Positions 1 through 10,769 are shown, counted from the first letter of the stretch. The stretch is 64,000 bases of DNA from Sandaracinaceae bacterium (GCA_044220955.1 JBGAQA010000025.1:19762-83761), one strand, 5' to 3'. The notes: generated from the letters alone by a model not told the origin. A program made the numbers and translations.

Positions 1-1425
1 TTCAGCGCGTTCGCAGTAGTCGCTCGGGCCGCACACGAGTGCGGAGCACTCAGCGCCACGGACCGCGGTCGACTCGTCAACACGCTTGCCGACGTCGGCC
101 GTCTTCCCGACGAGGCTCACGCGCGGGCGCTTCGCATGCTCGATGAACAGGCCCCGCTGCGACGCAGCGCCTTCCTGTCCCCCGCGCAGACGATCGCGCT
201 CGGGCTCACGCTGTGGAACGCGCTCGGTCCCCGAGCACTCGCACTCATCCGGGAGCTCTGCGACGCGCAGGGAACGCCGGATTCATGGCCGGAGGTGATC
301 GGGCGCGTGGCGTCCGAGCGTCTGGGTGCCCCGGGGCGGGTTGCCGATGGAACGGTCGCCGCGCTGCTCGATCCGCCGGACGCCGTCGTCGACATCAGCG
401 TCGAGCTCGCCGTGCGCCTCGGTCTGGGGGGCGCGGCCGTCCATCCCCTCCAGCACCTGCCGCCGAGTCTGATTCAGCACGCGGCAGATCGAACCGCGCT
501 CGAGGGACTCCGCCAGGTCGCTGGTCTCGACATGGTCATCAAGAAGTTCGCCGAGTGGCGATCGGGCGTGAACCAGCACCTCTCCGCGCGCGAGAAGATC
601 CGTGTGTCGCAACTTCAGTTCGCCGACCTCCACGCGATCTGGGTCGAGGCCGTCGAGCGCTCCGGCGTCTCGCAGGCTCCCGCGCTCTTCGTCGAGGCGG
701 GTCTGAATGCGTACGCTCGCGGCGGCGGTGCATCGTTCGAGGTCGTCGTCGGGTCTGGCCTCGTCTCGTTGCTCGAGCCCGCGGAGCTGCTCTTCGTGTT
801 CGGTCACGAGCTCGGACACATCCGCAGCGACCACTGCATGTACCGTCAGGTCACCGAGACGATGACGGATGGCGCGGGCGGCTTCATGGCGGTGCTCGCC
901 GGGATCCCGTTCGGGCTGGGACGCCTCGCGGTCAGCCCCATCCACATGGCGCTGCGGCACTGGTACCGGATGAGCGAGCTGACGGCCGATCGTTTCGGTC
1001 TGCTCGTCTGTGAGGACATCGACGCCGCAGGCCGGGTCCTCATGAAGCTCGCGGGCACGCCGCCGAGATACTTCGCGCGAATGAGCTGGCGAGCGTTCGC
1101 CGCGCAGGCGGCGGGTTCGGAGTTGGGCGCGGCTCAGAAGGCGGCTGCCTGGTACGAGGGGTCGAGCAAGTCGCACCCGGACCTCGCGGTGCGCGCTGCC
1201 GAGTTGATCGCATGGCAGCCGGAATACGATCGGTTCATGGCCCTCGATCCCGACCGGTTCGGCCGCGCAGTGCGCGGAATGGAGCGCATGCAGGAGCTGC
1301 TTTCGGGACCGCCGCGAGCGCCGACCGTCTCGATGCCCGCCCCCGGAACGAGCTGCAGTTCTTGCTCGCAACCGCTCGATCCGACGCAGCGCTTCTGCGA
1401 CGTTTGTGGTGCGCGGCGCGCGTGA
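1..1425 (+). CDS. M48-family zinc metallopeptidase with C-terminal zinc ribbon (5'-truncated by window edge)
   Basis: HELGH (HExxH) motif, NAYA, E-L-T-A-D-R and SHP motifs typical of M48/HtpX; C-terminal CxxC...FCxxCG ribbon. Frame is open from base 1 through the ATG at 136, so the true start is probably upstream of the window. Confidence 0.85.
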   Translation, partial: FSAFAVVARAAHECGALSATDRGRLVNTLADVGRLPDEAHARALRMLDEQAPLRRSAFLSPAQTIALGLTLWNALGPRALALIRELCDAQGTPDSWPEVIGRVASERLGAPGRVADGTVAALLDPPDAVVDISVELAVRLGLGGAAVHPLQHLPPSLIQHAADRTALEGLRQVAGLDMVIKKFAEWRSGVNQHLSAREKIRVSQLQFADLHAIWVEAVERSGVSQAPALFVEAGLNAYARGGGASFEVVVGSGLVSLLEPAELLFVFGHELGHIRSDHCMYRQVTETMTDGAGGFMAVLAGIPFGLGRLAVSPIHMALRHWYRMSELTADRFGLLVCEDIDAAGRVLMKLAGTPPRYFARMSWRAFAAQAAGSELGAAQKAAAWYEGSSKSHPDLAVRAAELIAWQPEYDRFMALDPDRFGRAVRGMERMQELLSGPPRAPTVSMPAPGTSCSSCSQPLDPTQRFCDVCGARRA

Positions 1426-1461
1426 GACGTCGCCTGTCTCTCTCGCGTGGATCGCGGGAAG

Positions 1462-1479
1462 TGTTATGCTGATGTTATG
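1462..1479 (+). promoter_or_regulatory. Extended -10 promoter (TG-n-TATGCT) overlapping a TGTTATG direct repeat; probable leaderless promoter/operator of the TA operon
   Basis: TGTTATG at 1462-1468 and 1473-1479 (11-nt period); TATGCT at 1465-1470 lies 6 nt before ATG 1477; no SD sequence. Confidence 0.55.
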
Positions 1480-1722
1480 ACGATCACACGCGTCACCATC
1501 AGCATGCCGAGCGAGCTCGCCCGCAGGGTGAAGAGGGCCGCAGGCAAGAAGCCGGTCTCGAGCTGGCTGACCGAGCTGCTCGAGGACCATCTCTCGACGC
1601 AGGATCTCGAGGGTGTCTGGGATCGGTACATCGCCGACATGGCGTTCACCGAGCGCGAGACGCGTGAGGCGCGCGCGCGGCTCGACCGGCTGACGAAGCG
1701 AAAGCGCCGACGTGCGGCGTGA
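1477..1722 (+). CDS. Ribbon-helix-helix (CopG/VapB-like) antitoxin
   Basis: N-terminal RVTISMPSELARRVK RHH pattern; small ORF overlapping the start of a PIN-domain gene. Confidence 0.75.
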   Translation: MTITRVTISMPSELARRVKRAAGKKPVSSWLTELLEDHLSTQDLEGVWDRYIADMAFTERETREARARLDRLTKRKRRRAA

Positions 1723-2098
1723 GGACGACGGGCTCGTCCTCGACGCGGGCGCGTTCATCCAGTTCGAGCGCCGGGACCGGAGGACGGCGAAGCTGCTCCA
1801 GGAAGCGGTCCTCGCGCGCACACCGCTCGTCACATCGGCGGGGGTCGTGGCGCAGATCTGGCGGCGCGGCGACCGTGAGCAAGCCCCGGTCGCCGCGCTC
1901 CTCACGCGTGCGCGGATCGTACCCATCGACGGCACGAGCGCCAGAGTCGTGGGGCGGATGCTCGCGCGGAGCGGAACGTCGGATCCGATCGACGCTCACG
2001 TCGTGCTGCTCGCACTCGAGCGCGACTGGCCGGTCCTCACGAGCGATCCCGACGACCTATTCGCGATCGACCCTACCCTCGCCGTCGAGCGAGTCTGA
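1712..2098 (+). CDS. PIN-domain (VapC-like) toxin
   Basis: LVLDAG, PIDAHV and LTSDPDD acidic PIN motifs; 128 aa; overlaps the upstream antitoxin. Confidence 0.85.
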   Translation: MRREDDGLVLDAGAFIQFERRDRRTAKLLQEAVLARTPLVTSAGVVAQIWRRGDREQAPVAALLTRARIVPIDGTSARVVGRMLARSGTSDPIDAHVVLLALERDWPVLTSDPDDLFAIDPTLAVERV

Positions 2099-2498
2099 GC
2101 ACGGCGAGGGAGACGACGAGGACGAGAGCGGACGTGGGGGCGCGGCCGCCGACGCCCATCGAGCACATCCCCTGGCCGGGCGGGGCGCACTCGGATGCGT
2201 GGCGGCAGCGCTCGCCGCACTCCGAGTCGGAGGAGCACAGCGTCTCGAGCGGGCGGTCGTAGGTGGGGCGATGGGCGTCCTCGGGCACGTAGCCGAGGCT
2301 CACGGTCTCGGTCACGACGCAGCGGCCGACCTCGACGCACTCGCGGCCGCCGCAGTCGGCGCTCGACACGCACGCCACGGGCTCGCACGCGCCGCCGTGG
2401 CCGTGCCGCACCCAGACCCAGCCGCTCGTGCACGTGTCCATCTCGATCGCGTCCGCCGACACGACCCCCGCGCCGAGCGCGACGCACGCGCACGCCAT
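2073..2498 (-). CDS. Small Cys-rich secreted protein with MYXO-CTERM-like C-terminal sorting signal
   Basis: Signal-like N-terminus, many Cys, ends GMCSMG..PTSALVLVVSLAVLRLARRRG (Cys, hydrophobic helix, Arg cluster). Start uncertain. Confidence 0.6.
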   Translation of the reverse strand: MACACVALGAGVVSADAIEMDTCTSGWVWVRHGHGGACEPVACVSSADCGGRECVEVGRCVVTETVSLGYVPEDAHRPTYDRPLETLCSSDSECGERCRHASECAPPGQGMCSMGVGGRAPTSALVLVVSLAVLRLARRRG

Positions 2499-2647
2499 CG
2501 CGATCCCCCAGCGCGGGCTGTCGGCTCGGCTTCGCCGGCAGATGACGGCCTCTCGCGAATTGCGTCGGCTCGCCTCTCCGGCCCCTCCCGTCCGCGGGCT
2601 GCGCCCGCTCCCGTCCGGAACCTCCGTGGCGAGCACTCCTGTCTTGC

Positions 2648-3415
2648 TCACAGCGTCCACCCGCCGTCGATGACCACGCACTCGCCCGTCATGTAGCTCG
2701 ACGCGTCGCTCGCGAGGTAGAGCGCGAGGCCCGCGATGTCCTCGGGCTTGGCGAAGTGCTTCAGCGCCATCTTGTCGAGCACCATCTTGCTGATCTCGGG
2801 GCTCGTGGTGAGCGCGCTGGCGAACTTCGTCTCCACCAGGCCCGGGGCGATCGCGTTGAGGCGCACGTTCGCCGGGCCGAGCTCGGCGGCGAGCGTCTTG
2901 GTCATGGAGATCACGGCGGCCTTCGTCATCGCGTAGACGCCCTGGAGCGGCATCGCCATCTGCCCCGCGACGCTGGCGACGTTGACGATCGAGGCGGGCG
3001 CGTTGCGCCCGATGGCGTGCTGGGCGACGGCGCGCGCCGCGTAGAAGTAGCCCTTCACGTTCACCTCGAACGTCTTGTCCCAGGCCGGCTCCTCGATCGT
3101 CAGCATCGGGCCGAAGTGCGGGTTGGTCGCGGCGTTGTTCACGAGCACGTCGACCTTGCCGTAGGCGTCGATGGCCGCCTTCACGAGCCCCTCGACCTGC
3201 TCGCGGCTCCCCGTGTGGCACGCGTGCGAGCTCGCCTCTCCGCCGGCCGCGCGGATCTTGGCCTCGACCTCCTTGAGCCCGTCGAGCTTGCGCGACGCGA
3301 GCACGACCTTCGCGCCGGCAGCCGCGTACGCGGTGGCGATCGCCTCGCCGATGCCGCGGCTCGCGCCGGTCACGATGGCGACCTTGTTCTCCAGGTGAAT
3401 GAGCGGCTTCTGCAT
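2648..3415 (-). CDS. Short-chain dehydrogenase/reductase (SDR, DHRS4/FabG-like)
   Basis: TGASRGIG, NNAA, YAMTK (YxxxK), IAPGLVET and DGG motifs. Confidence 0.92.
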   Translation of the reverse strand: MQKPLIHLENKVAIVTGASRGIGEAIATAYAAAGAKVVLASRKLDGLKEVEAKIRAAGGEASSHACHTGSREQVEGLVKAAIDAYGKVDVLVNNAATNPHFGPMLTIEEPAWDKTFEVNVKGYFYAARAVAQHAIGRNAPASIVNVASVAGQMAMPLQGVYAMTKAAVISMTKTLAAELGPANVRLNAIAPGLVETKFASALTTSPEISKMVLDKMALKHFAKPEDIAGLALYLASDASSYMTGECVVIDGGWTL

Positions 3416-3463
3416 AGGGTCGCGAGGATACCCGAGCGCCCCCGATCGCGTTACGCTCCGCCG

Positions 3464-3784
3464 ATGGTCTCGACGCAAGACGTGGGTTTCGGCACGCTCT
3501 GGGCGAAGCTGGTGGGCGACGGCGCGCGCTGGGAGCCCGGCGCCGACGACATCCCCGCCCTGGCCGTCGAGCCGGGCGACCCGCCGCGCATCGGCATGGG
3601 CCTGGTCAGCGTCTGGGTCGCGGGCGAGGGCCCCATCCTCGTCTGTCACCCCGGCAAGGGCCTGCACGCGATCAAGGATCTGCGCGCCCCCCAGCCCGCC
3701 GAAGAGGTCCGCAAGATCCTGCGCGCGTCCAAGGGCGTGGTGCTCCACGAGCACTCGAGCCCGCGCCGCGACTCGATGGGGTGA
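3464..3784 (+). CDS. Hypothetical protein
   Basis: 106-aa ORF with high-GC3 codon usage, divergent from the SDR; TACGCT box 6 nt upstream. Confidence 0.6.
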   Translation: MVSTQDVGFGTLWAKLVGDGARWEPGADDIPALAVEPGDPPRIGMGLVSVWVAGEGPILVCHPGKGLHAIKDLRAPQPAEEVRKILRASKGVVLHEHSSPRRDSMG

Positions 3785-3793
3785 GGCCGGCGC

Positions 3794-4291
3794 GTGCCGT
3801 ACCGCACGCCGGAGCCGCGCGAGACGACACGAACGATCGTGGTCCAGCGCCCATTTCGCGGCGCTCGGGTGATCGGCGTGCTGGCCCTCGCGTTCTCACC
3901 AAGCATGTGGGTCTGGGTCGCCATCGGCGTCCCATCCTTCCGTCTCGTCGCGCTGCTGATGGTCCCCGTGACCGTCGCCGTCTGTGCCCTGTTTCTGGGA
4001 CCGATGTTCGTCTGGGGCGAGGTCGAGCTCGTCGCGGATCGCTCGTCGGGCGAGCTGCGACGGGTGAACCGCATGCACCCGATCTGGCCCGCCAGCGCTC
4101 GATTCGTTGCGACGACCGTCAGCGACGTGCGCGTCGAGCGCGTGTCGGACGAGGGCGGGCTGCACTGGATCGTCGGTCTCGACCCCGGAAATCTTCCGGA
4201 CGCGGAGATCAGTCGTCACCGCACCGAGGAGGAAGCCGTCGCGGCACGCGAGCGAGCGCTCGTGCTCCTCGCGTGGCTACGCGGATCGTGA
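3794..4291 (+). CDS. Hypothetical membrane protein (two predicted TM helices)
   Basis: Two hydrophobic stretches followed by a soluble domain; directly follows the upstream ORF. Confidence 0.6.
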   Translation: MPYRTPEPRETTRTIVVQRPFRGARVIGVLALAFSPSMWVWVAIGVPSFRLVALLMVPVTVAVCALFLGPMFVWGEVELVADRSSGELRRVNRMHPIWPASARFVATTVSDVRVERVSDEGGLHWIVGLDPGNLPDAEISRHRTEEEAVAARERALVLLAWLRGS

Positions 4292-4293
4292 AC

Positions 4294-4315
4294 GGGGTCC
4301 GGGGTGGAGCCCCGG
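4294..4315. repeat. REP-like palindromic element
   Basis: GGGGTCCGGGG-TGGAG-CCCCGG: CCGGGG/CCCCGG hairpin immediately after the stop codon. Confidence 0.45.
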
Positions 4316-4399
4316 CTCTCGCGCGAATCGCGGAGCGATCCACAGAGTGGAGGCGTCGCAGACGCCACGCCTCTCCAGAGCAGTCCGCGCAGAGCCGGA

Positions 4400-4486
4400 G
4401 CGCCGGAGGTATGCCGCATCGCCCGCGATGGAGGCGAGCCGTCGTTTGCTCGTCCGACCGCGGGCGAAGGGGCACTCCTCCGGCGC
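4400..4486. other. Long imperfect stem-loop between convergent genes
   Basis: GCGCCGGAGG (4400-4409) pairs with CCTCCGGCGC (4477-4486); TCGCCCGCG (4419-4427) pairs with CGCGGGCGA (4459-4467); further inner pairing. Confidence 0.55.
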
Positions 4487-4507
4487 GACCACGTGACGAT
4501 CGATGGG

Positions 4508-5662
4508 TCAGCGAGCGTCGAGCTGCGTGCCCGTCGCGGGCAACAATGCCCGCACTCCCCGCGAGCCCGGCCCGTCCACGAAGTACGCGATCGCGCTCCG
4601 CCCGATCGCGAGCGTCCCCGCGCCCGCGATGGACGCCGACACCAGCGTCCCCGCGCCCGGCACGAGCTTCAGGAGCTGCTGCGCGCTCCACCTCAGGCCG
4701 ATCGCCGCCCCGCCCATCAGCCCGACCGAGCCCAGCCACTCGAGCGCCGCGCGCCGGTCCCAGGGCTGCCCCGCGACGTACGCGATCCCCGTGACCATCA
4801 GCCCCTGCAGCGGCATCAAGAGGATCGCGTCGGAGAACGGGATCGGCGCCAGGCCGATGGTCACCGCGATCGTCGCCGCGCGGTTCGCGATGATGCGGCC
4901 GAGGTCGCGACGCCGCTCCTGGCCCACGGGCAGCGCGCGCACCGCCTCGACGTGCGTCGTCTCCGGCAGGCGCGCCCAGAGCTCTTCGGCGATCTCCTTG
5001 AGGTTCCACCGTGCGTCCGCCGGCGCCCTCGCCGCGCACGGGATCGCGCGCGGCAGCGAGAGGCCGCTCTCGTCGAGCCGCTTCTTGAGCGACGCCGTGG
5101 CCACGTCGATCTGCGCGGCGGCTTCGTAGGGGGGCTTGGCGCCCTCGCCGACGAGGACGTCGGCCTTCGTGAGCACGGCCAGCTTGGCGGGCTTGAGGTT
5201 GCGCGCGTCGAGCAGCGTCGAGATCGCCCCGCTCGCAGCGACGAGCGCGTCCGCCTCCGCGGCCGCCACGCCCCGCGCGCCCGCGTCCGCGCCGGCGACG
5301 AAGAGCACGACGTCCGGCGCCGACTCGTCGACCGCGAGCGAGAGCGCGTCGAGCCGCGCCGCGCTCGGCGCGCCGCTCTCCACCTCCAGCCAGTCGAGGT
5401 GCCGCCCGAGGTGCTCGATCCGGACCCAGCGATCGGCGGGGGCCTCGATCTCGGTCCCCTCGCCGCCGAAGAGCCCGTTGACGAGCGCCGTGCGCCCAGC
5501 GCCCGACGCGCCGACCACGAGCAGCCGCGGCGCGCGCCGATCGTAGAGGAGCCTGCGCAGCTGCTCGAGGTCCCGCTTGAGCGAGCCGACGTAGGGCAGT
5601 CGATCGATGACGCCGAAGAAGTCGTCCACCACCCCGCCGCCGGAGTCCCGCGTCTCGCTCAT
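4508..5662 (-). CDS. Degenerate P-loop GTPase (Era/YeeP-like) fused to a DUF697/YcjF-like C-terminal domain
   Basis: VVGASGAGRT P-loop, LTKAD G4 motif; C-terminal IGLAPIPFSDAILLMPLQ and LKLVPGAG motifs typical of DUF697 proteins. Confidence 0.75.
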   Translation of the reverse strand: MSETRDSGGGVVDDFFGVIDRLPYVGSLKRDLEQLRRLLYDRRAPRLLVVGASGAGRTALVNGLFGGEGTEIEAPADRWVRIEHLGRHLDWLEVESGAPSAARLDALSLAVDESAPDVVLFVAGADAGARGVAAAEADALVAASGAISTLLDARNLKPAKLAVLTKADVLVGEGAKPPYEAAAQIDVATASLKKRLDESGLSLPRAIPCAARAPADARWNLKEIAEELWARLPETTHVEAVRALPVGQERRRDLGRIIANRAATIAVTIGLAPIPFSDAILLMPLQGLMVTGIAYVAGQPWDRRAALEWLGSVGLMGGAAIGLRWSAQQLLKLVPGAGTLVSASIAGAGTLAIGRSAIAYFVDGPGSRGVRALLPATGTQLDAR

Positions 5663-5715
5663 GCGCGATCCATGCGCGTTCCCGCGCGTTTCGCAACCCG
5701 CAGCCGACGCCCCGG

Positions 5716-6726
5716 TCACCAGCGGACGAGCGTGCTGCCCCAGGCGATGCCGCCGCCGAGCGCGCAGAAGAGCACCGTCTGCCCGGCGCGGATCGAGCCG
5801 TCGCGTACCGCCTCGTCGAGCGCGATCGGGATCGACGCGCTCGAGGTGTTCCCGTAGCGCTCGAGGTTCAGGTAGAAGCGGCTCATCGGCACGCCGAGCC
5901 GGTCGGAGACGGCGGTCAGGATGCGCGAGTTCGCCTGGTGCGGGACGACCCAGTCCACCTCGCTCGCCGTCAGGCCCGCGCTCTCGACCGCGATCTGGCT
6001 CGCCGACACGAGGTTCTTCACCGCGGTCTTGAAGATCTCGCTGCCCTTCATGTGGACGAAGTGGCCCTTGGCCTCGAGCGTGCGCGTGCTCGCGGGCGCG
6101 ACCGAGCCGCCCGCGGGGATCATCAGCGCGTCGGCGCCGCTCCCGTCGGCGAAGATGTGCGTGCCGAGGATGCCGCGGCCCGGCGCGATCGAGCGGCGCA
6201 CGATCACCGCGCCCGCGCCGTCGCCGAAGAGCACGCACGTGCCGCGGTCCGTCCAGTCGATGACGCGAGAGAGCAGCTCCACGCCGACCACCAGGACGTT
6301 CTCGGCGAGCCCCGCACGCACGTGGAGGTCCGCGAGGCGCAGCGCGTAGCAGAAGCCGGCGCAGGCAGCCGCCAGGTCGAACGCGGCGCAGTCGGTCGTC
6401 GCCCCGATCTTCTGCTGCACGCGCACCGCGGTGGACGGCAGTGGCATGTCGCCCGTCACCGTGGCGACGATGATGAGATCGAGGTCGTTCGGGCTCAGCT
6501 CCGCCGCCGTGAGGGCGCGGCGGGCCGCCTCCGCGGCCATGTCACTCGTCGACTCGCCCGGGGCGGCGATGCGTCGGCTCCGGATGCCGGTCCGCTCCAC
6601 GATCCAGGCGTCGCTCGTGTCGACGGTCTTCTCGAGCTCGGCGTTCGTCAGCTCCCGAGCCGGCGCGTAGCTGCCGGTTCCAGCGATACGCGAACAGACC
6701 GGGAGAGCAGACCGAAGCCGAGCCAC
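5716..6726 (-). CDS. fabH: 3-oxoacyl-ACP synthase III
   Basis: Cys-His-Asn triad: AACAGF, PHQAN, GNTSSAS; also TSDAWIVERTGI and FGDGAGA. Confidence 0.95.
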   Translation of the reverse strand: MARLRSALPVCSRIAGTGSYAPARELTNAELEKTVDTSDAWIVERTGIRSRRIAAPGESTSDMAAEAARRALTAAELSPNDLDLIIVATVTGDMPLPSTAVRVQQKIGATTDCAAFDLAAACAGFCYALRLADLHVRAGLAENVLVVGVELLSRVIDWTDRGTCVLFGDGAGAVIVRRSIAPGRGILGTHIFADGSGADALMIPAGGSVAPASTRTLEAKGHFVHMKGSEIFKTAVKNLVSASQIAVESAGLTASEVDWVVPHQANSRILTAVSDRLGVPMSRFYLNLERYGNTSSASIPIALDEAVRDGSIRAGQTVLFCALGGGIAWGSTLVRW

Positions 6727-6808
6727 GAGTGCTCCTTCGCACGCCCCTCCACCGAAGCCAAGCGAAAGTGTGGTCCGAGAGCAACAGAAGCGTGAGTCCG
6801 AGCAACAC

Positions 6809-6830
6809 GGTGCGAAAAACTATTCACACC
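6809..6830. promoter_or_regulatory. Candidate operator palindrome upstream of fabH
   Basis: GGTGCGAA-AAACTA-TTCACACC: 8-bp arms with one mismatch and an AT-rich spacer, in the fabH upstream region. Confidence 0.4.
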
Positions 6831-6857
6831 TCCGAGCTCAGACCGGGCGAGCGCGGC

Positions 6858-8687
<1,830 letters not shown>

Positions 8688-8793
8688 GCGGACCAACAGG
8701 ATGCCGAATGGGGGGGTTTCAGGTCGAGTCGATTTGCACGGGCTCGGGCGTTCGATTCGATGCGACCGGTGCGGGGTGATATAGAGAGACGCG

Positions 8794-9969
8794 ATGATTC
8801 CGGCCGTGCCGATCACAGCCTTCTCGGCGGTGAACGCGATGGGGCGCACGACGGCGGAGGTCTTGGCCGCCCTCGACGCCGGGCGCTCGGGCCTCGCGCC
8901 GCCGCGCTTCGAGGTGCCGATCGAGACCGTCGTCGGCGCGATCCCCGGCGAGCTGGAGGCGTTGCCGGCCGCCGTGCAGAGCTACGACACCCGGATCGCG
9001 CGGATCGGCTTCATGGCGCTGGCGGACGTCCGGGACGCGGTGGATCGGGCGCTGGCCCGCTGGGGCAAGCGGCGCGTGGCGATCCTGCTCGGCACCTCGA
9101 CCGGCGGGCTCGACGCGACCGAGCTCGCGTACCGCACATGGACCGGGTCCGGCACCCTGCCGGCGTCGTACCGCCTCGAGACGCGGCACGACTTCAACGC
9201 GCTCGGGACCGCCATCGCCAAGGTGACCGGCGCGGCAGGACCCACCTACGTGATCAGCACGGCCTGTAGCTCGAGCGGGAAGGTGCACGCGTCGGCGATG
9301 CGCTTGATGCGCGCGGGCATCGTCGACGCGGCCCTGGTGGGCGGCGTCGACAGCCTCTGCCGGATGACGCTGCAGGGCTTTCGCGGGCTCGGCATCCTCG
9401 ACGCCGCGCGCTGCCGGCCCTTCGATCGGAGCCGGGCCGGCATCAACATCGGCGAGGGCGGAGCGCTGATGCTCCTCGAGCGCGAGTCCGCCGACGCCGA
9501 GGTCGCGGTGCTCGGCGTCGGCGAGTCGTCCGACGCGTACAACATGAGCTCGCCGGAGCCGAGCGGCCGCGGTGCCCGGGAGGCCATGGAGCGCGCCATG
9601 GAGCGCGCGCGGATCACGCGCGAGCAGATCGACCTCTTGATCGCGCACGGGACGGCGACCCCACAGAACGACACGGCGGAGAGCGCCGCGATCGAGGCGG
9701 CGGTGGGCACGCAGGTGCCCGTGGTGTCGACCAAGGCGTTCACGGGGCACCAGCTCGGCGCCGCGGGCGCGACGAGCGCGGTCTTCGCGGCACACGCGAT
9801 CCGCACGGGCCGCGCGCCCGCGAGCCTCGGCGCGAGCGAGGTCGACCCCGCGGTGCGCGTGAACGTGGTCCGGGAGGCGAGCGTGCGTCGCATCGACCGC
9901 GTGCTGGCCAACGCCTTCGCGTTCGGGGGCAGCAACGTGTGCCTGGCGATCGGCCGGAGGGGTACGTGA
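8794..9969 (+). CDS. Beta-ketoacyl-ACP synthase (type II KS, ApeO/FabB-like)
   Basis: STACSSSG active Cys, AHGTAT and TGHQLGAAG His residues, GINIGEG, NAFAFGG. Confidence 0.92.
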   Translation: MIPAVPITAFSAVNAMGRTTAEVLAALDAGRSGLAPPRFEVPIETVVGAIPGELEALPAAVQSYDTRIARIGFMALADVRDAVDRALARWGKRRVAILLGTSTGGLDATELAYRTWTGSGTLPASYRLETRHDFNALGTAIAKVTGAAGPTYVISTACSSSGKVHASAMRLMRAGIVDAALVGGVDSLCRMTLQGFRGLGILDAARCRPFDRSRAGINIGEGGALMLLERESADAEVAVLGVGESSDAYNMSSPEPSGRGAREAMERAMERARITREQIDLLIAHGTATPQNDTAESAAIEAAVGTQVPVVSTKAFTGHQLGAAGATSAVFAAHAIRTGRAPASLGASEVDPAVRVNVVREASVRRIDRVLANAFAFGGSNVCLAIGRRGT

Positions 9970-10769
9970 GGCCGGCGCACGTCACCGGGCTCTCGCTCTG
10001 GACCCCCGGCTACGGCTCGCTCGCCGCGTGGGCGCGCGGAGAAGAGGACGTCTCCTGCACCGACTGCAGTTGCGCGTGGGTACCTCCCCGGCTCTTGCGG
10101 GGCGCGAGCCGCTTCACGCGGATGCTGGGCGAGGCTGCCGAGCAGGCGACCCGCGACGCCGGCGGCGACCCCAGGACGATCGCGACGGTCTACGGCTCCG
10201 ACTACGGCGAGATCGAGACGATGATCGTGCTGCTCGACACGATCTTCCGCGGCGACGGACAGCTCTCGCCGATGCGCTTCAAGAACAGCGTGCACAACGC
10301 GGCGAGCGGCCTGTGCTCCATCGGGCAGGCCAACCAGTCGTTCTCGACCGCGCTCGCGGCAGGCACGCGCACCTTCGAAGCGTCGATGCTCGAAGCGCTC
10401 GCGCTGCTCGACGAGCGCGGCGGGTCGGTCGTCGTCTCGATCGCGGACGACGTGCTGCCCGAGCCCCTGCTCTCGCTCGAGGGCTGGGAGGGGATGGCCG
10501 TCGGGATCGTCCTCGAGCGCGAGGCGCCGGCGGAGAAGGTGATCGCGACGCTCTCGGACCTCTCCGTCGACGAGACCGCCACGGCGCGGGCCACGCACTT
10601 CCGCGGGCGCCCGCTGAGCGAGCGCCGCGTACACACGACGGCGGCCGCGGCGCTGCCGCTCTTCGACACCCTCGTCGATCGCCGCCCCGGCCGCGTGTCA
10701 CTGGCCCCCGGGCACGCCGGCGCGCTCTCCGTCACTGCCTCGCCAGGCGCCCGGCGCGCGCTCGAGTGA
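9966..10769 (+). CDS. Ketosynthase chain-length factor (ApeC-like)
   Basis: LSPMRFKNSVHNAASG motif typical of aryl-polyene-type CLFs; no catalytic Cys motif; GTGA overlap with the KS. Confidence 0.82.
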   Translation: MRPAHVTGLSLWTPGYGSLAAWARGEEDVSCTDCSCAWVPPRLLRGASRFTRMLGEAAEQATRDAGGDPRTIATVYGSDYGEIETMIVLLDTIFRGDGQLSPMRFKNSVHNAASGLCSIGQANQSFSTALAAGTRTFEASMLEALALLDERGGSVVVSIADDVLPEPLLSLEGWEGMAVGIVLEREAPAEKVIATLSDLSVDETATARATHFRGRPLSERRVHTTAAAALPLFDTLVDRRPGRVSLAPGHAGALSVTASPGARRALE

